DNA from: Alphaproteobacteria bacterium
GTDB lineage: Bacteria; Pseudomonadota; Alphaproteobacteria; GCA-2731375
DNA length: 64,000 nt
NCBI GenBank assembly: GCA_965225945.1
Contig: CBDDBZ010000033.1
Span: 1-64,000, forward strand
Direction: 5' to 3'
Positions 39,609 to 48,414 of the stretch are shown one piece after another. The notes under the pieces are model-generated. The model was not told the DNA's origin and did no database searches. It saw only the letters and a program-made list of their open reading frames with translations. A program made the translations under genes and the position numbers. The stretch's first letter is position 1; each line of letters starts with the position of its first letter.

Positions 39609-39630
39609 GCCGCCGCCACCGCGCGAAACC

Positions 39631-39661
39631 AAGGGGCCGCCCCGGGGGGCGGCCCCTTTTT
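39631..39661 (+). terminator. Intrinsic terminator after groEL
   Basis: aaggggccgccc-cggg-gggcggcccc followed by T6. Confidence 0.88.
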
Positions 39662-39699
39662 CGTCGGGCGGGCGCCGGTGATAGGCTTTCGCCCACGGC

Positions 39700-39774
39700 C
39701 TACAGATACACCGTTCCCCCATCCACCATGATGTTCTGGCCGGTGACGATCGCGACCCTGCCCTCCAGTTGCAT
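39700..39774 (-). pseudogene. SDR oxidoreductase reduced to fused N- and C-termini
   Basis: MQLEGRVAIVTG|QNIMVDGGTVYL*, with a GGAGG RBS. Confidence 0.75.
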
Positions 39775-39844
39775 GCCGTCTTCCTCCCTCGGGTGCGAAA
39801 TTCGCAGCGACCCTAGGCGCCCCGCCCGGCACCGGTCAATGGCT

Positions 39845-40010
39845 GGTGCCCGAACACCTCGAGTTCGCGGCAAAGCGCCACGAACTCCCAAAACACCCGC
39901 CGGAAGGCCGTCCGATCGACGCGCCGGAAGTCGGCGATCGTCTCGAAGTCGGGCGACAGACGGCGCAACAGGCGGGTCACCTCGATATCGCGCTCGGTCT
40001 CGACCTCCAG
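39845..40010 (-). pseudogene. IS1182-type transposase fragment
   Basis: Minus strand reads LEVETERDIEVTRLLRRLSPDFETIADFRR. Confidence 0.6.
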
Positions 40011-40148
40011 CGGGCTTTTGTCGAAGATGGAACTAATTAACGGTTATGATGTATCGTCGAGGCACCTGATGATTCGTGACGGTGTCGGCGTTTCCACGAC
40101 CGGTCGGTCTCGGTCAAGAAATGCAGCACGTGGAAATATGGGCCAATC

Positions 40149-42758
40149 ATGCAATTAGGTAGTCTTGTGCTTGCCAAGGGAATGGTATCTCGCGATGCCC
40201 TTGAACAGGCGCTGGTCTATCAGCGCGAGCACGGTGGGCAAATCGGCGATTGCCTGATCACGCTTGGCGCGCTTGCGGCCGAAGAGATTAACGATGTGCT
40301 CAGCGAGGTGCCGACATCGCCGCGCAACGCCGAGGAAATAGACATTGATCCGGTCTTCTTGCTCCAGCTGATGATCAAGGGAATCTACTCTGAAAACCTG
40401 GAGAGGCCCTCCCAGATCTCGAACGCCCTGAAGCTGGCGAACAGCGTTGTCACCACACTTTTGAAGAATGCCGTGGATCGCAAGCTGGTGGAGGCCGTTG
40501 GCCAAGCCGACAGTCCCTCCGGCAGGCTCGCCGAGATGCGATATGCGTTGAGCGGCGCGGGGCGTGATTGGGCGCTCGAGTCCCTGGAGCGATGCCAATA
40601 CTCCGGGCCGGCGCCGGTGTCGCTACAGGCTTATACGGAACGGATCGCACGGCAGCGGATCACCAACGAACGGGTGAGCCGGCCGGTGATGGAGGCGGCT
40701 TTCAAGGACCTTGTGATTCCCGATCGATTTCTAAGCCGCCTCGGCCCCGCCATCAATTCTGGCTCGGCCATACTGATCCACGGACCGACGGGCAATGGCA
40801 AGACGACGATCGCGGAAGTTATCGGCCAGATCTTTCAGAATGTGATTTATACTCGCCTCACCCCAGAACCCGAAAATCCTTGTGCGAGATGATTCGGAAA
40901 TTGTCGGTGATGGTGTCGCGCCACGTCGTCCACTCTCGTGGCAGTCGTCGGCGGAAGAAATCGTCGATGGCTTCGGTGAAGAGGGCGAAGCTGGCGTAGA
41001 AGCTGTTGTGGGTCACCTCGCGATGCATGACGCCCCATAATCGCTCGATGGCGTTGAGGTGGGGAGCGTAGGACGGTTGGAAGATGAGCTTGATGCGGCA
41101 ACCCGGTCTCTCCAGCCATTGTCGGACCAGGCGGGCGTGGTGATAGCGGGCATTGTCGGCGAAGACATAGATCCGCGACTTGCCGGGATTGGTGGCCTCC
41201 AGCATCTCGAACAGCGCGATCGTCGAGGCGGCGTTGATCCTCTCGGCCTGGACCAAGGGGCAGTGGAAGTTTTCCAGGTTGAGCGCGCCGTGGAGATTGA
41301 TGCGCTGGCGCCCCGAGGTCCGGCGTAACGCCACTTTGTCGCCCTTCTTGACCCAGCCATGGACTGGGCGGGACTGGAATTCCGGGTGCACCGCATCGGC
41401 GAAGTAGACCACCTCGTCGGCGGCCAAGCCGTTGAGCAACTTATCATAGGCCTCGATAAAGGCGGCCTGCTCGGCCTCATCGGCCTGAGCCGGCAGGCTT
41501 TTCGGGCGCTTGTATTCGAAGCCCAGGCGATGCATCACCTTGATGCAGCCCGAATGGCTGTAGATCACTCCGTAGGTCGCCTTGATATGGGCCGCCACCT
41601 CGCCGGTATCGCGGTAAAGCCGTTGGCTCAGATGGGCCGAAAGCTCCGCCTCTTGCTCCCGGCTCAGATGGCCCGACCGGCCATGCCAGTCGAACAGCGT
41701 CATTTCATCCAGGCCGCCCGCACGGTAGCGCTTCAGCCACGTCCGCACCGTGTCGTCGTCGAGGTAGAGCACCTTCGCCACCTCGACGCAGCTCAAGCCG
41801 TCATCCAAGAGCAGAACGGCGTTCGCGCGGCGCGCCACCCCGTGGGTCTCGCTCGGATGCCCCATCACCGCCTCCAGGGCCGCGCGTTCCTCGATGCTCA
41901 GAAATCCACCGCGAATCATGACCGCGAGAAGAATCGATCCGCAGCCGGATTGCCAGAACTTTTTCGGGTCTGCGGGGAGTCGGGGTATATATACCCTATT
42001 GCTTCGAAGTCGATGGTCAAATCATCAAAGTTTACGATCCAAGCATTCACAGAGCCATCGAGGAAATTGCCGTCGGAGATGCCGGGACTCCGAATCTTCG
42101 TCGATGGCAAACCGATGATCGTTGGGTACCTTGCTATCGGCCTACTGTTATTGCCGGCGGCGAGTTGACTCTCGCGATGCTCGACCTGCAGTTCAACGAG
42201 ATTGCGAAATTCTATGAAGCGCCGATGCACATCAAGGCGCTCAACGATACATTTGTAATCGACGACTTTGGTCGGCAGCTCGCAAAACCCGAGGACATTC
42301 TCAATCGCTGGATCGTGCCTCTCAACAGCAAGGTGGACTACCTCCGCCTACACACTGGCAAGAACTTTCAGCTTCCGTTCGACGGATTGGTCATGTTTTC
42401 CACGAACTTGCGCCCGTCCGACCTGATGGACCCCGCCTTTCAACGTCGGCTGGCTTATAAGCTCAAGACCGTGGCGCCGTCAGAAGCACTGTTCCCCGAG
42501 ATTTTCGAGAACATCACAAGCAAGCATGGTCTGCAACTCACGGATGAGATCTATGAGAAGGTCTTGGCGGGTATCCGTGCTAACGGCATGCCTTTGGCGT
42601 ATTTTCAACCTAATTTTATCGTGGAACAGGTGATGACTTCCTGTCGGTTCGAAGATATGGAACCGAGACTCACTCTAGAGAATGTCGAAGACGCAATGCT
42701 GAACATGTTCTCCGATGAGAACGACGATGAATTAATTGACTCCGGGCATCCAGATTAG
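40149..42758 (+). pseudogene. AAA ATPase with MshEN-like N-terminus, split by IS630
   Basis: HGPTGNGKTT..IFQNVIY then, after the IS, IPYCFEVDGQIIKVYD..GGELTLAMLDL..VIDDFGRQ..FSTNL..AFQRR; in frame when the IS and one TA are removed. Confidence 0.88.
40850..41987 (-). mobile_element. IS630 type C, copy 2 (transposase 40858-41919)
   Basis: Near-identical to 10597-11734 (two aa differences); TA duplication. Confidence 0.92.
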
Positions 42759-42997
42759 ATTGGCCTTCCATCACTTGCCTACTTCGTAGCTGAAAATTCT
42801 TCAAGAACCATTCCCGCGACAAGCCAGCCTCGAGCTTCGGCGCCAGTTTTACGCTCTCGCGGCGCCCGTCGGGCATGTCCGAGGCGTGCCGTGGGACGAA
42901 GGCCCGCGGGTCGGCCTATGGCCCCCGGATCTCGCCAGCAGCCCGCCGGGCGATATGATGGGGACGACGGCCGGGGCGGCGAGGGGGGCGAGGCGAC

Positions 42998-43851
42998 GTG
43001 CAGGACGGGTTTGCGGACTACGAGACCCTGCGGGTGACGCTGGTGGGCGCGGCCGTCGAGTTGATGCTCGATCGCCCGGCGAGGCACAACGCGCTCACCC
43101 ACCGGATGATGGAGGAGTTGGGCGACGTGGTGCGCCGCGTGGCCACGCGGGCCACGTCCGGGTTCTGGTGATCCGGGGTGCCGGCGGCAACTTCTCCGCC
43201 GGTGGCGACATCGGCTTCATGACCGAGATGCCGGCCCCGCCCGCCGCCGGCGCGACCGACCCCCTGATCGCGCCCTATCGCTATCTGGGCGAGGTGCTGG
43301 GTGCGCTCGACCGGCTGCCCCAGGCCGTGGTCGCGCTGGTCGAGGGGCTGGCGGTCGGCGGCGGCTTCGGCATGGCCTGCTGCGCCGACGTCGTCATCGC
43401 CGAGCGCGGCGCCACCTTCGGGATGCCGGAGCCGCGTTACGGCTTCATCCCCTCGCAAATCATCCCCTTCGTGGTGCGGCGGATCGGCATCGCCCGGGCG
43501 CGGGAGATCGCGGTCACCGGCGGCGTGCTCAGAGGGGAGGGGGCGCTGGAGGCCGGCATCGCCGGCCGCCTGGTCGACGGCGAGGCGGCGCTGCTGGCCG
43601 CCCGCGACCAGGTGGTGGGCGACGTGCTCCGCTGCGAGACCGGCGCCGTCGCCGAGGTCAAGCGTCTGGTCCTCGATTGCGCGCCCGTGGCGGATGCCCG
43701 CGCGCTGGACGACGCGGCGGAAAGCCTGGTACGCCTGCTGCGCCGGGCGGAAGCCCGCGAGGGCATGGCGGCCTTCCACGAGAAGCGGCCACCGGCCTGG
43801 GCGAGGGAGGGGCCGCCGGCCCCGGCGAGGGAGGGAGAGGAGAGAGAGTGA
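42998..43851 (+). pseudogene. Enoyl-CoA hydratase/isomerase, frameshifted near 43150
   Basis: 5' frame ..LDRPARHNALT..; 3' frame VRVLVIRGAGGNFSAGGD, GGGFG, MPE, EAREGMAAFHEKRPP; may be a sequencing error. Confidence 0.78.
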
Positions 43852-45506
43852 TGCCGCCGGTTCTGGGGCATATCTCGAGCGAGGAGCGCATCGCCGCCAT
43901 GACCGCCGGCGGGCAGTGGCCGGACCGGCTGCTGATCGACGATCTGGAAGCCTGCGTCCGCCGCCATCCCGACAAGTTGGTGATCACCGACCGCAACAGC
44001 GCCAGCGGCCTCCAGACCTCGTTTTCCTATCGCCAGCTCGACCGGATCACCCGGCGGATCGCCCTCGGCCTGGTCGCACTCGGGGTCGAAAAAGGCGACG
44101 TTGTCGCCTGTCAGCTGCCCAATTGGTGGCAGATCGCGGCGATGATCGTCGCCTGCTGTCGGATCGGCGCCATCATCAACAACCTGATGCCGATCTTTCG
44201 CGAGCGCGAGCTCGAATACATGCTGCGCTTCGCCGAGAGCAAAATCGTCGTCGGCGCGAGCGTCTTTCGCGGCTTCGATCACGCCCTCATGTTGCGCGGC
44301 TTGAAGGCGCGCTCGGCGAACCTGGAGCACGTCCTGATCGTCGGCGGCGAGGGCGAGGAAAGCTTCGAGGCGGCTCTGCTGGTGCCCCGCCACGAGGACG
44401 CGGGCGATGCCGAGGCGGTTCTGGCGACCCGGCGCCCCTCGCCCAACGATGTCATACAGCTGCAGTACACCTCCGGCACGACGGGCGCGCCCAAGGGGGC
44501 GCTGCACACCTCCAACACGCTCTACGGCAACATCGTGGCGGTCATCGAGGCGCTGCAGCTCGGGGCCGAGGAGGTGGTGCTGATGGCCTCACCCATCGCC
44601 CATCAGACCGGCTTTCTCTATGGCGTGATGATGCCCTTGATCCTGGGCGGGCGGACCGTCCTGCAGGACATTTGGGAGCCCTCGACCGCCGCCCGCCTGA
44701 TCCAGGACGAAGGCGTCAGCTTCACCATCGGCGCGACGCCGTTCCTGGCCGACCTCTCGGGCCTCGAGGGGCTGGAGGATTACGACCTCTCCAGCCTGCT
44801 TCGCTTCGCCTCCGCCGGCGCGCCGATCCCGCGCGTGCTGGTCGAGACCGCGACCCAGCGCCTGGGCGCGCGCGTCCTCTCCGGCTGGGGGATGACGGAG
44901 AACGGCCTGGTGACCGCGGTCCGGATGGACGATCCGTCGGAGAAGACCTTCCAGACCGACGGCCGTGCCATCGACGGCATGGAGGTCCGGGTCGTCGACG
45001 AGACGGGCGAGGACTCGGGCCCGGGCACCGAGGGCGAGCTGCTGGCGCGGGGCGCCGCCAACTTCGTCGGCTACATGGCCAAGCCCGAGCTCAACAACAT
45101 CGACGCGGAGGGCTGGTTCGATACCGGCGACCGCGCGGTGATGGACCAGGAGGGCTACATCCGGATCAGCGGCCGCTCCAAGGACATCATCATCCGGGGC
45201 GGCGAGAACATCCCCGTCGTCGAGGTCGAGGAGTTGCTCTACCGCCACCCGGCGATCGCCGACGCGCAGATCGTCGCCATGCCGGATCCGCGCCTCGGCG
45301 AGCGCGGCTGCGCCTTCGTGACCCTGAAGGCAGGCGAGCAGATGTCGTTCGAGGCGATGGTGGACTATCTGCTCGGGCAGAAGCTGGCCAAGCCATATCT
45401 GCCGGAGCGGCTGGAGGTGATTGGGGAGATGCCGCGCACGCCCTCCGGCAAGATCCAGAAATTCAAGCTGCGCGAGTTGGCGGCCGCGATGGCGCCGGAG
45501 GCGTGA
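43851..45506 (+). CDS. Acyl-CoA ligase (cyclohexanecarboxylate-CoA ligase-like)
   Basis: YTSGTTGAPKG, WGMTE, WFDTGD, GRSKDIIIRGGENI, PRTPSGKIQK. Confidence 0.9.
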   Translation: MPPVLGHISSEERIAAMTAGGQWPDRLLIDDLEACVRRHPDKLVITDRNSASGLQTSFSYRQLDRITRRIALGLVALGVEKGDVVACQLPNWWQIAAMIVACCRIGAIINNLMPIFRERELEYMLRFAESKIVVGASVFRGFDHALMLRGLKARSANLEHVLIVGGEGEESFEAALLVPRHEDAGDAEAVLATRRPSPNDVIQLQYTSGTTGAPKGALHTSNTLYGNIVAVIEALQLGAEEVVLMASPIAHQTGFLYGVMMPLILGGRTVLQDIWEPSTAARLIQDEGVSFTIGATPFLADLSGLEGLEDYDLSSLLRFASAGAPIPRVLVETATQRLGARVLSGWGMTENGLVTAVRMDDPSEKTFQTDGRAIDGMEVRVVDETGEDSGPGTEGELLARGAANFVGYMAKPELNNIDAEGWFDTGDRAVMDQEGYIRISGRSKDIIIRGGENIPVVEVEELLYRHPAIADAQIVAMPDPRLGERGCAFVTLKAGEQMSFEAMVDYLLGQKLAKPYLPERLEVIGEMPRTPSGKIQKFKLRELAAAMAPEA

Positions 45507-45730
45507 GCGGGGAGGGCTCCGAGACGCCGGCCCCGCCGCTTCCCGGCTATCGTGTTTACGATTCCGTAGACACCTTCGAGAACCAGGCCGGCCCGTTCTT
45601 CTGGCGCGAGCGGGCGGCGGGCGTGCATTATTTCGTGCTCCGGGCCGAGCCGCGCCACGGCATCGTCCGCCGCGGCGAGACGGTGTTGCTCACCGCGAGC
45701 GCGGTACTGAAGGCGATCCGGCCGGCTTGA
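45503..45730 (+). pseudogene. PaaI/hot-dog thioesterase with internal deletion (75 aa)
   Basis: FENQAGPFF..AEPRH|GIVRRGETVLLTASAVLK; the N..HGG..D core is absent; GTGA overlap with the ligase stop. Confidence 0.6.
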
Positions 45731-45740
45731 GTCGATTCGC

Positions 45741-47057
45741 CTATTGCGCGGCCACCAGCGCCTGGAAGCATTCCCGCGAGCCGGCCCGCTCGAAATGTGC
45801 CAGGCACTCGAAGAGCTCTCCCGTCCGGGCGCCGAGGGCGGGGGTGACGAGCGAATCGAACTTCGCCCGGAGATCGTCCCAGCTCATCGGGTTGCCGGGA
45901 TTGCCGAGGGCGAGCGTGGTCTCCTCGCTCGCCTCGCCGCCGTCGGCGAAGCGCACGGTGAGGCGGGCCGCGCGCATGTCGATTCCGTCCTCGCAGACCA
46001 GCTCGGTCTTGGCCACCAGCTCGCGGATCCGCGCCAGGGCCAGAATTTCGGGCGAGAAATCACCCTCCGTCGCCAGCCGCCCGGTGAGGCCGAGCGCGCT
46101 GCAGTAGGCGGTGGAGAACTTGCCCTCGAGCGGCGTGCTCGGCGCCGTCTTGCCCGCGTGCTGCTCGCAGGCCGGATTGACCCGGACCTCGATTCGGCTC
46201 ACCGGCCGCGCCTCGACCCGTTCGGCGAGGCGCCGCGCGGCGTCGATCACCGGGTGGGTCAGGAGGCAGGAGGCATAGGGCTTGAAGGTGTTGGCCAAGA
46301 TCTCCCAGCCGGCGTCGAAATCGAGGCTGCGAATTGCCGTGGCACCATCCTGCACCAGCGCGGCGACCATGGCACCGTCGCTCTCCAGCAGTTCGGTATT
46401 GGCGGCGAAACCCGCCGCCGCCAGCTCGGCGGCGAGGATGCCGTTGAAGGCCGCCTTGCCGGCGTGGAAGGGCTTCGACATGGTGCCGAAGGAGGCGGTG
46501 AGGCCACCGGTCTGGGTCGCCGCCGCGCCGAGCGCGTTGGCCGTCGCGTCCTCGTCCAGTCCGAGCAGGACCGAGGCCGCCGCCGCCGCGCCCAGGCAGC
46601 CGAAGACGCCGGTCGCATGCCACCCCCGCCGGTTCAGTGCCCCGCCCACGCCCTGGCCGATCCGCGCGCCACTTTCGAAGCCGGCGACGAAGGCCTGGAG
46701 GATGAGACTCTCGTCGAGTTCCAAGTGCGTGCCGAGCGCCAGCGCCGCCGCCCAGGTCGGCCCGCTCATATGCGCGACGGCGCCGACGTGGGTGTCGTCG
46801 TAGTCGAGGCAGTGCGCCATGGTCCCGTTGACCAACGCCGCCGCCGCCGGCGCCGCCCGGCCGCCGAGCACGATCTGGGCCCCGCCAGCCGTGCGCCAAC
46901 CGGCGACGGCGCGCCGCGTCGCCCGCTCGGCCGCCTCGCCCCGGGCGCCGATCGCCACCCCGCACCAGTCGACCAAGCATTTGCGTGCGGCGTCCAAGAC
47001 ATCGGGCGGCAAGTTCAGCCCCCGGGCAGCGGAAATAAACCGCGCCGTCGTCGCCAT
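45741..47057 (-). CDS. MmgE/PrpD family protein
   Basis: NGTMAHCLDYDDTH, GWHATG, KPFHAG, FKPYASC, GKFS. Confidence 0.9.
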   Translation of the reverse strand: MATTARFISAARGLNLPPDVLDAARKCLVDWCGVAIGARGEAAERATRRAVAGWRTAGGAQIVLGGRAAPAAAALVNGTMAHCLDYDDTHVGAVAHMSGPTWAAALALGTHLELDESLILQAFVAGFESGARIGQGVGGALNRRGWHATGVFGCLGAAAAASVLLGLDEDATANALGAAATQTGGLTASFGTMSKPFHAGKAAFNGILAAELAAAGFAANTELLESDGAMVAALVQDGATAIRSLDFDAGWEILANTFKPYASCLLTHPVIDAARRLAERVEARPVSRIEVRVNPACEQHAGKTAPSTPLEGKFSTAYCSALGLTGRLATEGDFSPEILALARIRELVAKTELVCEDGIDMRAARLTVRFADGGEASEETTLALGNPGNPMSWDDLRAKFDSLVTPALGARTGELFECLAHFERAGSRECFQALVAAQ

Positions 47058-47215
47058 GTTCCTCGGGTGCGTGCTCATGACGTCGCCTCCTCGCGCCTGT
47101 CGCCGAAGGGAGTATAGCCGGCGGCGGGAGAATCCTCGACCGGCGGATTCCGTGCTATTGCCTTCACCAAAGCACCTGTCGATCCATTGGCGCGAGGCGG
47201 GGGAGGCGAGGGGCG

Positions 47216-48397
47216 ATGCGACGATCCAGACTGCCGGCCGGCGGGGCCAACATCTTCCAGCTGATCCGCGCGCGCCGCGCGGAGGCCGAGGCCAGGGGCG
47301 TGGCGCTGCTCGACCTCTCGATCGGCGAGCCGAGGGGGCCGGCGCTGGAGAGCGCGCGCCGCGCGGCCGCCGAGGCGGTGCTGAGCGCCGAGGAGGCGAT
47401 GCACGCCTATCAATACAACGGCACTCCGGCGGTGCCGGACTTCGCCCGGCGTTTCGTCACCGCACACCTGTCCGCCGCGCCGCCGGCGGGCGAGATCGCC
47501 TATCTGCCGATCCCCGGGATCAAGCCGATGCTCGGGCTGCTGCCGCTGGCCACGGGCTGCGCGGTGGGCGCGCTCGAGGTGGCGACCACGAGCCGGCCCG
47601 GCTATCCGATCCCGGCGAACTGGTGCGACTATCACCCGAACGTCAGCCATCGGGCCCTGCCGCTCAGCCCCGCGAACGGCTTTTGCTTCGCGCCCGAGGA
47701 CGTGGCCCCGGGCACCGATTTGGTGATGATGAACTATCCCCACAATCCCTCGGGCCAGGTGGCGACGGCGACGTGGCTCGACGCGCTTTCGGCGCACTGC
47801 GCGCGGCACGACATTCGCCTGTTCAACGATGCCGCCTACATCTGCCTCGCCCATGGCACGGAGAGCGCCTCGCTCACCGAGATCGCGCCGAATCATCCCG
47901 GGCTTTCCTGGGCCGAGGCCTTCACCGCCGCCAAGCTGATCGGCAACGGCACCGGCTGGCATGTCGGCGCCATGGCCGGCTCGCCCGACTTCATCGCCGA
48001 TATCGCGGAGGTGAAAGGCAAGACGGATGCCGGCCTGGTGGCGCCGATGGCGGCGGGCGTGCTGGCCGCGCTGGAGGGCGACCAGGACGGAATTCGCAGC
48101 CACCGCGAGACCTATCGCCGCCGCCTCGAGGTGCTGGCCGAGCTGTTGGGGAAGTGCGGCATGCGCCTGGCGATTCCACCGCGCGCTGCCTTCTACACCC
48201 TCTGGGAGACGCCCACCCGCGCCTTCGGGCGGGCCATCGAGGGGGCGGAGGACTTCAACCTGGCGATGATCGAGGAGACCGGCGTGGTCGGCGTCAGCTT
48301 CGCCGAATATATCCGCTACGCCGTCTGCGCCGACGTCGAGGCGATTGCCCCGGAGCTCGATGCCGCCTTCCGCCGCGCCGCGGTCGCCTACGATTGA
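47216..48397 (+). CDS. PLP-dependent aminotransferase class I/II
   Basis: DLSIGEP, NYPHNPSGQ, NDAAY, TAAK..TGW. Confidence 0.85.
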   Translation: MRRSRLPAGGANIFQLIRARRAEAEARGVALLDLSIGEPRGPALESARRAAAEAVLSAEEAMHAYQYNGTPAVPDFARRFVTAHLSAAPPAGEIAYLPIPGIKPMLGLLPLATGCAVGALEVATTSRPGYPIPANWCDYHPNVSHRALPLSPANGFCFAPEDVAPGTDLVMMNYPHNPSGQVATATWLDALSAHCARHDIRLFNDAAYICLAHGTESASLTEIAPNHPGLSWAEAFTAAKLIGNGTGWHVGAMAGSPDFIADIAEVKGKTDAGLVAPMAAGVLAALEGDQDGIRSHRETYRRRLEVLAELLGKCGMRLAIPPRAAFYTLWETPTRAFGRAIEGAEDFNLAMIEETGVVGVSFAEYIRYAVCADVEAIAPELDAAFRRAAVAYD

Positions 48398-48414
48398 GCG
48401 GATAGGGCAACGAC

